A stretch of 64,000 nt of DNA from a virus (taxonomy: Duplodnaviria > Caudoviricetes), in the IMG/VR virus record IMGVR_UViG_3300043464_002149; one strand, 5' to 3'. The notes below the pieces were generated by a model, which worked only from the letters and a program-made list of their open reading frames with translations, searched no databases and was not told the origin of the DNA. This document shows positions 38,520-47,428 of this stretch, one piece after another. Position 1 is the first letter of the stretch, and every line of letters starts with the position of its first letter. A program made the position numbers and the translations under genes.

Positions 38520-40262
38520 TTATCTTAAAGTATCCAAGCTAAATGTGCTCAAGCCACTTACGTTGATCACACCGAAGTAACGGTTGTTAACCATTTTCTT
38601 CGCGTATCTTGTCATGATACCTTTGATTGGTGTCATGTTAAATGGATTGTACATTGTTGGTGTTAATTGTAAAGGTACATATGGTGCGTAGATGTAACCA
38701 GCATCCAATAATGATTTACCTTTGTGACCGATCACGATTTTACCTGCTGGTAAATATGGATCACGGTATACTTGATAACGACCAGCTAATGAACCGATTT
38801 TCTCAATACCCATGTTGTATTGATCTTGCTCAGGAGCAGCATTTGATACGTGGAAATACTCTAAATCGTCGAATACTGCAGAAACTTCTGAAGATACTAC
38901 GATCCAGTTAGCACCACCTCTCAATGTTGTTTTATGGATTTGAGCAGAAATTTGGTTGATTTTTGTAACCAAAGTTTGGTTCCAGTCTTTCTGAGTGTAA
39001 CCCATAAATGGTGTTCCACCAGTTGCACCGTACTTCCACTCGTTGTAATCCCACTTAGCAGTCCAAGCAGCACCTTTTCTAAGGTCACGTAAAATTTCAC
39101 GGTCAACCTCAGCAGCGATTTGCTCAGATAATAAAGCTGTTAATTCAGCTTCAGCATCGATGTTATGGAACGCAGAAACGTCTTGTGCTAATTCTGGAGA
39201 CCAGCTAGCTCTTAATTTTCTTTCAGTTACAGAAACTGTTACAGAAGAAAGATCGAAAGAAACCTCACCGATTTCATCTTCAAATTCTAAAGTTTCGTAT
39301 ACTCTGTAAGTTACTTTGAAGTTAGCTAAAGCTAAATCGTTAGAACTGAAATCAGATGCTGCGAAACCTGAAGTTGTACTGTATGATTCTAAGTCAACGT
39401 TAAGGTAGATTAAACCTTCTTCGTCACAAATATCATTGAATCTGTTAAGACCAGAACCACCTTTTCTACCATACTCAACGATACCTTTACCATATTTTTG
39501 AGTTACAATGTTAAAGTTTTTAACACCGTTGTTAGCAGTTGTGTTACCAGTGATTTCAACTTGTAAAGAAGCTAAGAATTCTTCAGTGTCCATAGCATTA
39601 CCATTAACACCTACTAATTTACCTTGACCGTCTTTAGTGAAACCAGAAAGAACGATAATTGCGCTAGATACAGATGCACCACTTAAAGCAGTTGCACTTG
39701 TAGAAGCAGCGCCATTAGAGAAAGCTACGAATGCATGAGGGTTTACTTCAGCAACTGTGAAAGAACCTTTTGAATAATCAAAAAGACCTTGATCAGCAGC
39801 ATCTGAACCTTCATAGAAACGATCGTAAAGACTTCTAGCACTTGTTGTACCAGTTTCATAACCTAATGTAGCAGCATCGCTATTGCCTGGCATACCAAAC
39901 GGTGCTCTGTGTGCATTAGATTGTCTTTCTTGAATTTTAGGTACGAAGTAGAACAATTTACCAATTGGTAAGTTCATAGCTTGTACAGAAACGATGTCAT
40001 TCGCTAATAATTTAGAGAAAACACGACGGATGATAGGGAATACCACTGTCTCGAATGATCCTGAAGAGTCAGAAACTGCTGCTTCATTGATTAAATAAGA
40101 CGCTTGGTTTTCATACAACTGTGCGATGTTATCTTTTTGATGGCCGTCAAGACCTTCTAGGAATCCTAAGTCTTCCCATTTTTTGATGGTATCTTCTTTG
40201 ATAACACGTAAGTGCTTAAGACCGATGTTACCAACCATACCTGATTCTAATAATGCTCCCAT
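38520..40262 (-). CDS. major capsid protein (T4 gp23-like)
   Basis: SVQAMNLPIGKLFY, RKLRASWSPELAQD, EAELTALLSEQIAAEVDREIL, GYIYAPYVPL, GIMTRYA. Confidence 0.97.
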   Translation of the reverse strand: MGALLESGMVGNIGLKHLRVIKEDTIKKWEDLGFLEGLDGHQKDNIAQLYENQASYLINEAAVSDSSGSFETVVFPIIRRVFSKLLANDIVSVQAMNLPIGKLFYFVPKIQERQSNAHRAPFGMPGNSDAATLGYETGTTSARSLYDRFYEGSDAADQGLFDYSKGSFTVAEVNPHAFVAFSNGAASTSATALSGASVSSAIIVLSGFTKDGQGKLVGVNGNAMDTEEFLASLQVEITGNTTANNGVKNFNIVTQKYGKGIVEYGRKGGSGLNRFNDICDEEGLIYLNVDLESYSTTSGFAASDFSSNDLALANFKVTYRVYETLEFEDEIGEVSFDLSSVTVSVTERKLRASWSPELAQDVSAFHNIDAEAELTALLSEQIAAEVDREILRDLRKGAAWTAKWDYNEWKYGATGGTPFMGYTQKDWNQTLVTKINQISAQIHKTTLRGGANWIVVSSEVSAVFDDLEYFHVSNAAPEQDQYNMGIEKIGSLAGRYQVYRDPYLPAGKIVIGHKGKSLLDAGYIYAPYVPLQLTPTMYNPFNMTPIKGIMTRYAKKMVNNRYFGVINVSGLSTFSLDTLR

Positions 40263-40295
40263 TTTTTAGTTTGTTTTATTTGTTTTTTTAGTTTA

Positions 40296-41459
40296 TTATT
40301 TTAATTTACTCATTAAGTCTTTCATTCTTCTGAATTGTGGGTTTTCGTAAGCTTTTGATTCAGCCAACATTTCTTGTGAAGAAGAGCTTGAAGGAGTATT
40401 TGCAATTTTCTCAACTACAGACTCTGTTACTGGTTTTTTAGTATCTAGTTCTGTTTTGATAGAATTATATAGATTTTTAGATTCGTTTATAGTTGAAATT
40501 GAATCAAATCTCTTTAAAATATTCAATTTCTCTTGTTTTGTTGTAGAATGTTCAGTGAATAAACGTGTTGCATAAGCTAAATTTGCGTTGAACACTGCAA
40601 CTTCATTAAGTTTTTCTTTGAAAAGAACTAAAGCTTTTTTGTATTCAGCATTTTGCTTCTTAAGGTTGTCAACTTCTTCATTCATTGCACCTGCAGCAAA
40701 TACTTTCTTACTTTTTAAACCAGCTCTGTTAGCTTCATTTTTATCACCATGAGTGTTCCATTTTGTTCTAGCAGCTTCTGTTGCTTCAACTTCCATAGTA
40801 TCGTCTTCAGAAACTTCTTCTTCAGAATCTTCTTCGTCGTCTAATGTAATTTCGTAAACAGTTTCTTCTCCTTCACCTTCAGCAACATCTTCCATAGACT
40901 CTTCTTCGTTCCAATCTTCAGAAACTTCCATTTCTTCTTGATCTTCTTCAGATTCGTCTAGTTTAATGATGTACTCATCATCTTCGTCTTTAAGTTCGAT
41001 ATTGTTACCGTCCTTTTTAACTACAATACCATCTTCATCAGACATTGCTTTAAATACTTTTAATACCTCTTCATCAGAAGCATTAGTCATATCAAGCATA
41101 TCATCATCTGCAGCTGGCATATCACCCATTGACGGCATATCATCCATTTCTGGAGACTCGTCATCGATGTCTTTAGATGGTTCATCATTTATCGAGGGGA
41201 TTTCTTCATCATCAGCATTCTCAGCTTCATCTTCATCATCTGAATCTGGCTGTTCTGACATATCTTCTGATTCCTCTTCTGTAGGTTCCATAACATCTTC
41301 TTCAGTTGCTACTTCTTCCTCTTTTTCTGACTCTTTAAGCAACTCATTTAGTTCTTGCTTCATTACTGAAGAAAGTATACCTTTTGCGTTTTGCTTTACC
41401 GCTTCTTCAAGTGTATTAACTTGAAGTAATGCTTGTTCTAGAATAGATTTTTCGGTCAT
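40296..41459 (-). CDS. prohead scaffolding/core protein (gp22-like)
   Basis: Very acidic, with a C-terminal coiled coil (LNEVAVFNANLAY); lies between protease and capsid genes. Confidence 0.8.
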   Translation of the reverse strand: MTEKSILEQALLQVNTLEEAVKQNAKGILSSVMKQELNELLKESEKEEEVATEEDVMEPTEEESEDMSEQPDSDDEDEAENADDEEIPSINDEPSKDIDDESPEMDDMPSMGDMPAADDDMLDMTNASDEEVLKVFKAMSDEDGIVVKKDGNNIELKDEDDEYIIKLDESEEDQEEMEVSEDWNEEESMEDVAEGEGEETVYEITLDDEEDSEEEVSEDDTMEVEATEAARTKWNTHGDKNEANRAGLKSKKVFAAGAMNEEVDNLKKQNAEYKKALVLFKEKLNEVAVFNANLAYATRLFTEHSTTKQEKLNILKRFDSISTINESKNLYNSIKTELDTKKPVTESVVEKIANTPSSSSSQEMLAESKAYENPQFRRMKDLMSKLK

Positions 41460-41499
41460 CTTTTTAATTTATTTACTATATAAATATACACATAATCAA

Positions 41500-41537
41500 A
41501 AAAATCTACTTTTCAATATTGAAAAGAGTGATTTTTT
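41500..41537 (-). terminator. hairpin / probable terminator between protease and scaffold genes
   Basis: Perfect 18-bp palindrome CTTTTCAATATTGAAAAG (41509-41526) with an extended stem and flanking A/T runs. Confidence 0.55.
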
Positions 41538-41549
41538 CTCGTTTTATTA

Positions 41550-42239
41550 TTATTTGCTTAGAAAAGAATCTAGCCTACCCATTAGTTTTTTCATTCTATC
41601 TTCAACAATAGGCTTTTCCTCAACAGTCTCATTGAATTTATCCTTGTCGCTAATATCTTGAAACACATAAGCGCCAGGTGTAGATGGGGAAGAAACTAAA
41701 TCAAAACATACCAATTCAAAATCATCTTGAACAATATTTTGTCCTTTGATTTGTTTTAATGAACCAACACCTCTTGATGAAATACCTAATGTAACCCCGT
41801 TTAAAATTAACATAGCTGCTTGATCACCTTTACAGCTAACAATGCCCATTTTTCTCCAACCTGGAGATGTTAATATTTTGATTTTACCCATAAGGGTTTT
41901 ACCATCCCACCATGTTTCTGTAATTGTGTGAGATACTCTATCTAGATCGATAAGAGAAGAAGATGGGTGATTTAATTCGTTTAGTGCAGACCCCTTTTTT
42001 ATTATTGTTTGGTATTTTTCATTTTCCCTTTTTAAAAGATTTTCAGGGTAAATTCTACCATTCTTATTTGGGGTATCGAATTTTTGTAAAACAGCATACA
42101 GAATAAGATCCTGATCGGTATCCTTATTCTGTATTTCTGTTATTATATTTTTGTTTTTATAATCTTCGGGTGAGATGTGTCCAGCGTCGTATTCTATTAA
42201 AATCCCCTTACCCGTTTCATTTGGTCCCAATACTTTCAT
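41550..42239 (-). CDS. prohead protease (T4 gp21-like)
   Basis: NKNGRIYP, ELNHP, GISSRGVGS, FDLVSSPSTPGA. Confidence 0.93.
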   Translation of the reverse strand: MKVLGPNETGKGILIEYDAGHISPEDYKNKNIITEIQNKDTDQDLILYAVLQKFDTPNKNGRIYPENLLKRENEKYQTIIKKGSALNELNHPSSSLIDLDRVSHTITETWWDGKTLMGKIKILTSPGWRKMGIVSCKGDQAAMLILNGVTLGISSRGVGSLKQIKGQNIVQDDFELVCFDLVSSPSTPGAYVFQDISDKDKFNETVEEKPIVEDRMKKLMGRLDSFLSK

Positions 42240-42283
42240 TTATTGATATATTAATATACCATATAAATACAAGCATTTTTGAA

Positions 42284-42712
42284 TCAAATCTTACATTTAT
42301 TAAAATTAAATAATGTTTTATCAGTTAAACAGTTATCAATCGACGTTTGAATAAACGTTTTTAATAATGTTTTGATATTTTGTGATTTAACGTCAAAAAA
42401 ATTATCTACAAATAAAGTTACTTCTAAGTTCATAAAAGATCTTTTATCTACTTTTATACCTTTTGTCCTAATATCAAGATCTACAATACTTTCTTTTTTG
42501 AAATAGCTATTGAAATCATATGACCTAATATGCTCTTTTAAAGTTTTTCGTGCAGACATTATCGTTCTGTCAAAATCTAATTCTTCATTTTTAGGAGCTA
42601 CCCAAGCATTTAATTTCAAATAAATGGTTTTTAAATTTTTATAATCTACGGTACCATAACCGATTTTTACTTCTTTATAATCCCCTAAAGGAATATATTT
42701 CCCAATTTTCAT
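42284..42712 (-). CDS. hypothetical protein
   Basis: 142-aa ORF divergent from rpsU. Confidence 0.65.
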   Translation of the reverse strand: MKIGKYIPLGDYKEVKIGYGTVDYKNLKTIYLKLNAWVAPKNEELDFDRTIMSARKTLKEHIRSYDFNSYFKKESIVDLDIRTKGIKVDKRSFMNLEVTLFVDNFFDVKSQNIKTLLKTFIQTSIDNCLTDKTLFNFNKCKI

Positions 42713-42794
42713 TAACTTTTACATAATTTTTTTTTATTTTATGGTGTAGTATAATAATAAGAAAAAAATTTTAATTTTCCAAAAAAGTGGGTTA

Positions 42795-42801
42795 TATTTA
42801 T
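42795..42801 (+). promoter_or_regulatory. candidate late promoter TATTTAT, 5 nt upstream of the rpsU ATG
   Basis: GGGTTA-TATTTAT-TCCAT-ATG; no Shine-Dalgarno-like sequence between motif and ATG. Confidence 0.55.
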
Positions 42802-42806
42802 TCCAT

Positions 42807-42998
42807 ATGATAATAATTGATTTAAAAAAAGAAAAGAACCTAGAATCAGCACTAAGAACTTATAAGTATAAAGTTCAAAGAGTAAAACAAGTTCAAAATT
42901 TAAGAGAAAGACAAGAGTTTGTTAAACCCTCAGTAAAAAGACGTGCTGAAATTAATAAAGCTATCTATGTTCAAAAAAAGAAAAACGGTCTTGATTAA
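42807..42998 (+). CDS. rpsU: phage-encoded ribosomal protein bS21
   Basis: 63 aa, NLESALRTYKYK...LRERQEFVKPSVKRR...KAIYVQ (S21 signature F.KPS..RR). Confidence 0.93.
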   Translation: MIIIDLKKEKNLESALRTYKYKVQRVKQVQNLRERQEFVKPSVKRRAEINKAIYVQKKKNGLD

Positions 42999-43747
42999 TT
43001 ATCAAGACCATTTCTTAGTTCTATTAATCTAAAGTAATTTAATCTAGAGGTTTCTTTATTATTAACCTCTTCTTTTACCTTATTTAATTTATTATTCATT
43101 TCACTATCTGTAGATTCAGTTAAAATAGACTCTATTTTCGAATTAATATTTTCCTTTAATTCGCTTGTTTTTACAACAATATCATCATTAGTCAAAGACA
43201 TTATGTTTTTAAATTCAACTTGCTGTTCCTCACTTAATGTATTACCATAAAGCACATTAAAATTGTTTGCTAAAACCCCATATAATAAATTCTCATTCAT
43301 TGTGAATGGTACAGTGTTTTTTTCTTCAGTGGAAGCTTGCTTCTTTTTTGTTAGGTGTTCTATTAATTTTTTTCTAGCAATTACCTTATTTTCAATATTA
43401 GATAATGTATCTTGCGTAAACAACTGGTCTAAAGATTCATATAATTCATTACCCTCAGTCTCAAATTCGCCTAGTTTTGCGTTTAATTCCTCACAAAAAA
43501 CCAAAAGCTCATTATTGATAGATTGACTATTTAATAAATTCTCAAGCCCCTCAACATATAATTTTGCTGTTTCTTTATCTTCAATGAATTTGTTTTCCAT
43601 TTCTTCATAGAACAGATACATCTCTTTGAATTTTTTGTTTTCAGTTATTGATTTAAGAATATTCTTTAATTCAGTTTTATTCTTTTCCCCGTAAGACTCT
43701 GTTAATTTTTTTATTAACTTACTTTTAATGATGCCAATTTTGCTCAT
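42995..43747 (-). CDS. prohead core-associated protein
   Basis: Helical; LTE-S, ITE-N, MNE-N, LTE-S sites; directly downstream of portal. Confidence 0.55.
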   Translation of the reverse strand: MSKIGIIKSKLIKKLTESYGEKNKTELKNILKSITENKKFKEMYLFYEEMENKFIEDKETAKLYVEGLENLLNSQSINNELLVFCEELNAKLGEFETEGNELYESLDQLFTQDTLSNIENKVIARKKLIEHLTKKKQASTEEKNTVPFTMNENLLYGVLANNFNVLYGNTLSEEQQVEFKNIMSLTNDDIVVKTSELKENINSKIESILTESTDSEMNNKLNKVKEEVNNKETSRLNYFRLIELRNGLDN

Positions 43748-43749
43748 TT

Positions 43750-45549
43750 TTATTGATTTAAAATGTCTTTTATTTTATTTTCTATTTCATAAATATTCTT
43801 CTTAGCCTTCTCAAGATCAAATAAATCTGAAATATCTGTACTCTCACCTAATAAATTATTAATTTTTATTTTCCTATTCTCACTTAATGGTTCAGACGCA
43901 GCCTCACCACCTCCACCAGACGGAGATGGAGGAGGCATATCCATACCACCTTCTTCACCACCTTCCGCAGCTGCTGCATCTAATTTTTGTCTTTCTTCTT
44001 CCGGAATACCGTATTTAGAATCGACTTCATCAAATATACCAGATCTAGGAATAATTTTAGCGGTGTTAGTTAATTCAGTACCCATAGCTCTTTCCAAACG
44101 TTGTTGTTGAAGATCTAGGATAACTTCATTATCACTCATACCTAAAATATTTTTCTTAGCCCAAGTATGTGAAACTGGTAGAATACCCACTTGAGATTGA
44201 TCTGATGTTGCGTCTTTATAAAGAGTAACTTTTTCTTTCCATTGTTCAATCTTTAATAGATCTGCTTGAGATGATGGATTAGTTAAACCTAATGTAAAGT
44301 TTTCTAATTCATCTTCTAAACCTAAAAGATATAAATGTATTAATGCAATTTTGTTTAGCTCTTGAATTAATGACTTCTGAACTCTATTAATTGTTCTCGC
44401 AAAACGAATATCCATCAAAGCAAGATTCTTACCATCACCAACAACTTCTTCAAAACCTAAAAATGCTTTAGGTATACGAAGTGCTGCTAATAGTTTCTTT
44501 TGAATGTATTCAATATCGGCGATCTCACCTAAGTTCTGTGCTCCGGCTAATGTCTCAATTGGACTAGGCGCTGCTGGATCACGAACAGGTATAAAATAAT
44601 CTTGATCAATAGCCATTTGATTATATCTCATATCCACTTGGCCGTTCCTTTGATCAACTACAGTATCTCTTTTAAATTTACTTGCAACACGTTGTACATA
44701 CGCTTCAATATCTTTATCATCCATGTTACCAACAAACACTTTAAACACCCTTCTTTCTGGTGCTCTTGATGTTCTATAAATTAACATAGCGTCTTCAGCT
44801 AAAAGTAATTGTTTCCAAATTCTTCTAACTTTATCTAACATGGATGTACCATAAGGAAGCTTTCTATCGTCACCCAATAATCTAAAGTGAGCAACCTCCC
44901 ATGATTGGAATTCCATATCTTTATTGGTCCAACTAAAACGTAATTCTTTAATTGGCATTTTTATTTCACCCTGGTTTGGTGTTCTAGTCTTTGCACCTTC
45001 CCATCTTTCTATTTCAATGTTTGGTAATTGTTGACAACCAATAACCCCCTTTTCAGGATCACTTTTTAAATACACAAAGTTGTCTCCATATTTGCATAGG
45101 TTTCTAGCCCACATTTGTAGGTTAGTGTTAATATCTAATCTATTCTCAAATAAATCAGTTAAAATATCTTTAACTCTAGTAGATTCTGAATAAACACTTA
45201 GTATTGTTCCCTTTTCAGATATTGTTGTTGATTCTTCAGAATAAATGTCTAATGCTGCTGAAATTTCAGGAGTAAATTCCATTGATTCAAAATCATAATA
45301 CGCAGCTAATCTATTTGGTTCATAATAAACTGATTGATTATATAATGAATTATCTAATTTCGCCCACTTATCAAAAAGAAATTGAGATTGTTGCGCCTGT
45401 AATTTAGCCTTTTCAAATTCAACTGGATCATCAGTTTTCAGTAATTCTTCTCTAGAAAAATTAAATGAGGGTGGGTTTATATCACCTCTATTCTGAAAAC
45501 CAAATATTTTGGTTAATTTTTGAAAAACGGTCAAGTCTTGATTTGCCAT
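43750..45549 (-). CDS. portal protein (T4 gp20-like)
   Basis: EISAALDIY, PYGTSMLDK..RIWKQL.LAEDAMLIYRTSRAPERRVF, DYFIPVR, IETLAGAQNLGEIADIEY. Confidence 0.95.
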   Translation of the reverse strand: MANQDLTVFQKLTKIFGFQNRGDINPPSFNFSREELLKTDDPVEFEKAKLQAQQSQFLFDKWAKLDNSLYNQSVYYEPNRLAAYYDFESMEFTPEISAALDIYSEESTTISEKGTILSVYSESTRVKDILTDLFENRLDINTNLQMWARNLCKYGDNFVYLKSDPEKGVIGCQQLPNIEIERWEGAKTRTPNQGEIKMPIKELRFSWTNKDMEFQSWEVAHFRLLGDDRKLPYGTSMLDKVRRIWKQLLLAEDAMLIYRTSRAPERRVFKVFVGNMDDKDIEAYVQRVASKFKRDTVVDQRNGQVDMRYNQMAIDQDYFIPVRDPAAPSPIETLAGAQNLGEIADIEYIQKKLLAALRIPKAFLGFEEVVGDGKNLALMDIRFARTINRVQKSLIQELNKIALIHLYLLGLEDELENFTLGLTNPSSQADLLKIEQWKEKVTLYKDATSDQSQVGILPVSHTWAKKNILGMSDNEVILDLQQQRLERAMGTELTNTAKIIPRSGIFDEVDSKYGIPEEERQKLDAAAAEGGEEGGMDMPPPSPSGGGGEAASEPLSENRKIKINNLLGESTDISDLFDLEKAKKNIYEIENKIKDILNQ

Positions 45550-45554
45550 ACTAT

Positions 45555-45561
45555 ATAAATA
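45555..45561 (-). promoter_or_regulatory. candidate late promoter TATTTAT, 5 nt upstream of the portal ATG
   Basis: Minus strand AATAG-TATTTAT-ATAGT-ATG. Confidence 0.55.
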
Positions 45562-45593
45562 CTATTCTATTTAATCTAATTAATTTTTAAGGA

Positions 45594-47387
45594 TTAATCA
45601 ACCCTTTTTTTTGACCCAAATAACCAAGAATATTGTGTGTACTGTTCCTTAGCTGGTATATTTGATGTTGATGATTTTGCATAAGGAGAACTGTCAACTT
45701 GCATCATACCAACTTGATCAAAAGATGACCCGTATGAATAAGCGGTATTTTGTGGCGCCTCATACGTTCTTTCAGACATAACCCAAGATTCTAACATTGC
45801 TTTATTTTGTTGTTCATTTCGTTTTAATTGTGTAAAAGAAATATCACCAACATACATTGCAATAGCCATACTCATAATTCCATCATCATGAGCTCCCTTC
45901 ATGTGGTTAGGTTTACCATTTATGTAAACAAATGTGTTTAGTTCATTTAATAACCTATGTGATCTAATGATGAAATCATGTCTTAATTGTTCTTCAAAAC
46001 ATGATACAATTTGTGTTCTCTTATTATTGAAATTTATTCCAGGTATTTTTTCTAAAGCTTTATGGTTATATTCCCACATATTTTTAGTGTTAACACCATC
46101 AATAAATAAATCTTTATAATTCATTTCTTGTAGCTTTCTTGATGTTGCTACACCCATACCCCCAGTAATATCAATAACAATAAACGCATTATATAATACA
46201 CCCCATTTATATGCAATAGAGGCTAAATCGTCTGGTGGTATTTTACCTATGTATTCTAATACCTGTTCTCTATCATCAAAATCAATAATATTGATTGCGG
46301 AAAAATCTTCACTATCACCTCTACTAACGTCAACACCCATAATATATCTATGCCCCTCTAATGGTTCTTTCCATTGCCATAAAGTACCTTGCATATATTT
46401 CTCATTAGGTGCTTTAACCATTGTCTTGGCTATTTTCTCCATAGTTTCCGAAGGTATAACACTATCACCCGATCCTAAGAAATCACATTCAAGTTCTTGA
46501 GCAATTTTTCTCTTATCATACTTGAATTTTTTTGACATAGATTCGAACCAACTTGAATATGGTTGATACCCTTCATCCATGTATTGAGCATATTTTGTTA
46601 AATCATATTCTGGATCATTTAATGTTATTTCATCATCATTATATTGTTCTCTATTCAACATATAATGTACAATATCTGGGACTTTTAACCATTTTAGATC
46701 TTTAGTATAACGTGGATCTTTAAACCATCTTAAATCTGTAATATGAAAGTCGTTAATACCTCTTATTGCTTGTTCATATACACCATAATAAATTGGATCG
46801 TAACCGTTTGGTGTTGAAATCAATATAATCTTACCACCGGTAGATAAAGATGCCATAGAAGCCGCCCAGAAGTCTTCACCAGCCTCAATATACGCGGCCT
46901 CATCAAATACAAGTACTGTTGGTGTAAAACCACGAAGAGCATCTGTAGATGTTGCAACGGCTTTTACCTCAGATCCATTATTTAATCTAAATCTACTTTC
47001 CGAGTTTTTATCAGGTGAGAATCCCACATTAATCCATTCTGGCCACTGATCTAAAAAATGACGAACTTTATTAGCCATTTCAATGGCTGTGTCTCTTTTG
47101 TTAGCAATAATCAATACTCTCTCCGGATTTTCTGGTTTTGCTAATTGTAGTTTTTTCGATAACCATGCAGCTGTTACTGTTGTAACACCAGCCTGTCTAT
47201 ACTTTCTAGTGATATTTTCGTTATATGTTTCGTAATCTTTTAATAATTGAATCTGATCTGGAAACAATTCGAGCGGAACATATTTCTTTTGAGTATTATC
47301 ATATGTTTGTAGATATGTTCTCAACGCATATGGTGTATCTTTAATTACACGTGCATACTCTTTTAGTTGTTCTATTTTGTTGTTCAT
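45594..47387 (-). CDS. terL: terminase large subunit (T4 gp17-like)
   Basis: RKYRQAGVTT (deviant Walker A), VFDEAAYI, ISTPNG, MGVDVSRG, HDDGIMS. Confidence 0.93.
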   Translation of the reverse strand: MNNKIEQLKEYARVIKDTPYALRTYLQTYDNTQKKYVPLELFPDQIQLLKDYETYNENITRKYRQAGVTTVTAAWLSKKLQLAKPENPERVLIIANKRDTAIEMANKVRHFLDQWPEWINVGFSPDKNSESRFRLNNGSEVKAVATSTDALRGFTPTVLVFDEAAYIEAGEDFWAASMASLSTGGKIILISTPNGYDPIYYGVYEQAIRGINDFHITDLRWFKDPRYTKDLKWLKVPDIVHYMLNREQYNDDEITLNDPEYDLTKYAQYMDEGYQPYSSWFESMSKKFKYDKRKIAQELECDFLGSGDSVIPSETMEKIAKTMVKAPNEKYMQGTLWQWKEPLEGHRYIMGVDVSRGDSEDFSAINIIDFDDREQVLEYIGKIPPDDLASIAYKWGVLYNAFIVIDITGGMGVATSRKLQEMNYKDLFIDGVNTKNMWEYNHKALEKIPGINFNNKRTQIVSCFEEQLRHDFIIRSHRLLNELNTFVYINGKPNHMKGAHDDGIMSMAIAMYVGDISFTQLKRNEQQNKAMLESWVMSERTYEAPQNTAYSYGSSFDQVGMMQVDSSPYAKSSTSNIPAKEQYTQYSWLFGSKKRVD

Positions 47388-47391
47388 ATAT

Positions 47392-47398
47392 ATAAATA
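47392..47398 (-). promoter_or_regulatory. candidate late promoter TATTTAT, 4 nt upstream of the terL ATG
   Basis: Located between a terminator hairpin and the ATG. Confidence 0.55.
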
Positions 47399-47400
47399 TA

Positions 47401-47425
47401 AAAAGTGGTCAAAATTGACCACTTT
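47401..47425 (-). terminator. intrinsic terminator upstream of terL
   Basis: AAAGTGGTCA-AAAT-TGACCACTTT hairpin with a T-run on the minus strand. Confidence 0.75.
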
Positions 47426-47428
47426 AAT

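Noticed and set aside
40966-41424. Ser-rich plus-strand ORF, and the alternate-frame ORF 58286..58801
   Set aside because: Mirror or frame-shifted readings of the acidic scaffold and of the Ser/Lys/Glu linker.
47180-47220. Terminase Walker A lacking the GKT lysine (RKYRQAGVTT) as a sign of inactivity
   Set aside because: Deviant Walker A motifs with an upstream Lys are established in large terminases, and the other ATPase and nuclease motifs are intact.
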